This document shows, one piece after another, positions 62,468 to 64,000 of a stretch of 64,000 nucleotides of DNA (the stretch's first letter is position 1; every line of letters starts with the position of its first letter). The position numbers and the translations under genes are program-made. Origin of the DNA: Camelus ferus (Eukaryota). The stretch spans positions 104,596,001 to 104,660,000 of the forward strand of contig NC_045697.1 of the NCBI RefSeq assembly GCF_009834535.1. The letters run 5' to 3'. The notes below the pieces were generated by a model that ran no database searches, was not told the DNA's origin, and saw nothing but the letters and a program-made list of their open reading frames with translations.

Positions 62468-64000
62468 CTCCCAAGATTAAAATAATCTGATTAAGAAACT
62501 AGCATCCCTCTCTTAAAGCTGAAGTTCTTTAAGACCAGGAGTAAAAACAACGACACAATATACAATGTAGCCCTTTACTACAGATTTTTAAGGACTGACA
62601 ATAATTGGAAAGAAAACTAGACTGACCACCAAGCCTCATTTTAGTATTCTATATTTTTGCATAAAATTTTAACTAGCCTTCAGTTGCAAATTTTGCTCTC
62701 ATTCTGCTTTGCTTCACCTCTTTCAGAAAATATATGTCGTGCAGTTTAGGGCTTCCTGAGGATAACTAGTATGGTCAGTTCAGTGTTGCTGTAAACTTCA
62801 GATCTGGATAATGTCACCCATTTGCTCTTTCCAAAGACAGGGCACTTATTTAGGGACACCTGCCCTACTGTATTAGCTTTTTTAAAAAAAAACTGCTGGT
62901 GACAGTGTAGCTGAAAATTCAAGTGGAAAAGAACTAGAAAGGCTCAGCACCTTTCCTTCTGCTGATTTTTTAAAACTGATTCTTGAGAAGACTGCGTCTG
63001 CACAGCGTGACCAGGCCATGGCACCGCTGATCCTATCACTTGTGAGTCCCTTCATAATCAGTGTAGATGGCCACACAGTTCACTCAACCCATAGTGATGA
63101 GAATCAAACATGAAGATGGCTGAAATAATTGGGTCAAGTCGGCACCAGGCCAGTTCAATGGTTACAGAAAAAATGCGAGCATATTCAAAAATCATAATGG
63201 ATCATTCCCTGCAGGTAAAACAGGAGTGATGATAGCAATGTATCAGCCAATTTCAGAAGGACATGAACAAGTAAAATGATGTAAATGATGCATTTATATA
63301 GGTGTGGAATAAAAATAAATAATACTGTTTATCATATAAATGTAGGCAGATTTATGTCCTAAACATTTAATTTCCAGCTCATTCCCTTTCATAATAAAAA
63401 AAAAAGTTAGTCAGTCATGGAAGCACTAGGAAGTGAGACTATTTTAAGCTCAAGTATTATTTTGAATACTTTGTCTTGTTATGCTGGGTTGGCTTTCTAC
63501 CATGTATCCCTCCAATCCATCCTCTGCCCTTCTTTGCTGTATTCTACTCCCAGGGAGGCTAATCTCTTTGGACTACATCAGCAGGCTCCTTTGTCCTCTG
63601 GCTTCTAGTTGGGTTCGGCCAATAGGGGACATGAATGTGAGATCAGGGGAGGAGAGTGAGGTGGAGCACTGATGGCTTCCACTCCCCTTGGTGGTGGGGT
63701 CATCCCTCCACAGATGGTCATAGCTCCTTTTTAAAAAAAAAATTTAGCAAGACTGTGACATTTTTAGTTGAATAAACACTCCTAGGATTATAGCAAGCCT
63801 TTAATTAATGTCCAGAATTCTGAAAAGATAATTTTGACAAGTGTTGCCAGTGTTCTCATTGCTTTTACAGAAGAGAGGATTTGGGGCAGCCATTACTCTG
63901 TCATTCAGAAGTTGATCTTCTAATACAATGTTTTGGAGATTCTTTTAAGTTGTATTAGTACTATTTTCTTTTTTTTTTTCTTAGTACATGTGCTGCCAAA

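Noticed and set aside
62880..63280. Coding-looking unique stretch with a CAG|GTAAAA donor-like site
   Set aside because: The translations I tried on both strands are short or stop-interrupted and unrecognised. I cannot support an exon or pseudogene without a database search.

Overview
Mammalian genomic DNA, most likely a camelid (alpaca, llama or camel), inferred from five tRNA-derived Vic-1-like SINEs and cetartiodactyl-type L1 3' ends. The only gene I can support is the 3' half of EDNRA (endothelin receptor type A) on the + strand. It has five coding exons (human-numbered exons 4-8) at 8575-8773, 12290-12442, 16639-16772, 17204-17312 and 19131-19271, all with canonical GT-AG junctions and an intact frame. 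A ~2.4 kb 3' UTR follows, ending near the AATAAA at 21648. Exons 1-3 lie upstream of the window. The remaining ~42 kb is repeat-rich intergenic DNA (L1, L2, MIR, MLT1/MLT2, ERV1-type solo LTRs, hAT MITEs, microsatellites). I found no evidence of a novel coding system; the other listed ORFs look like chance or repeat-derived frames. The observations most worth following up are non-coding: a CRE/GC/TATA promoter-like module, a STAT-site cluster, CTCF-like sites, two L1s at one target site, a T35 tract between direct repeats, head-to-head LTRs and nested transposons. Repeat family names are from recall of consensus sequences, and the boundaries of old repeats are approximate.
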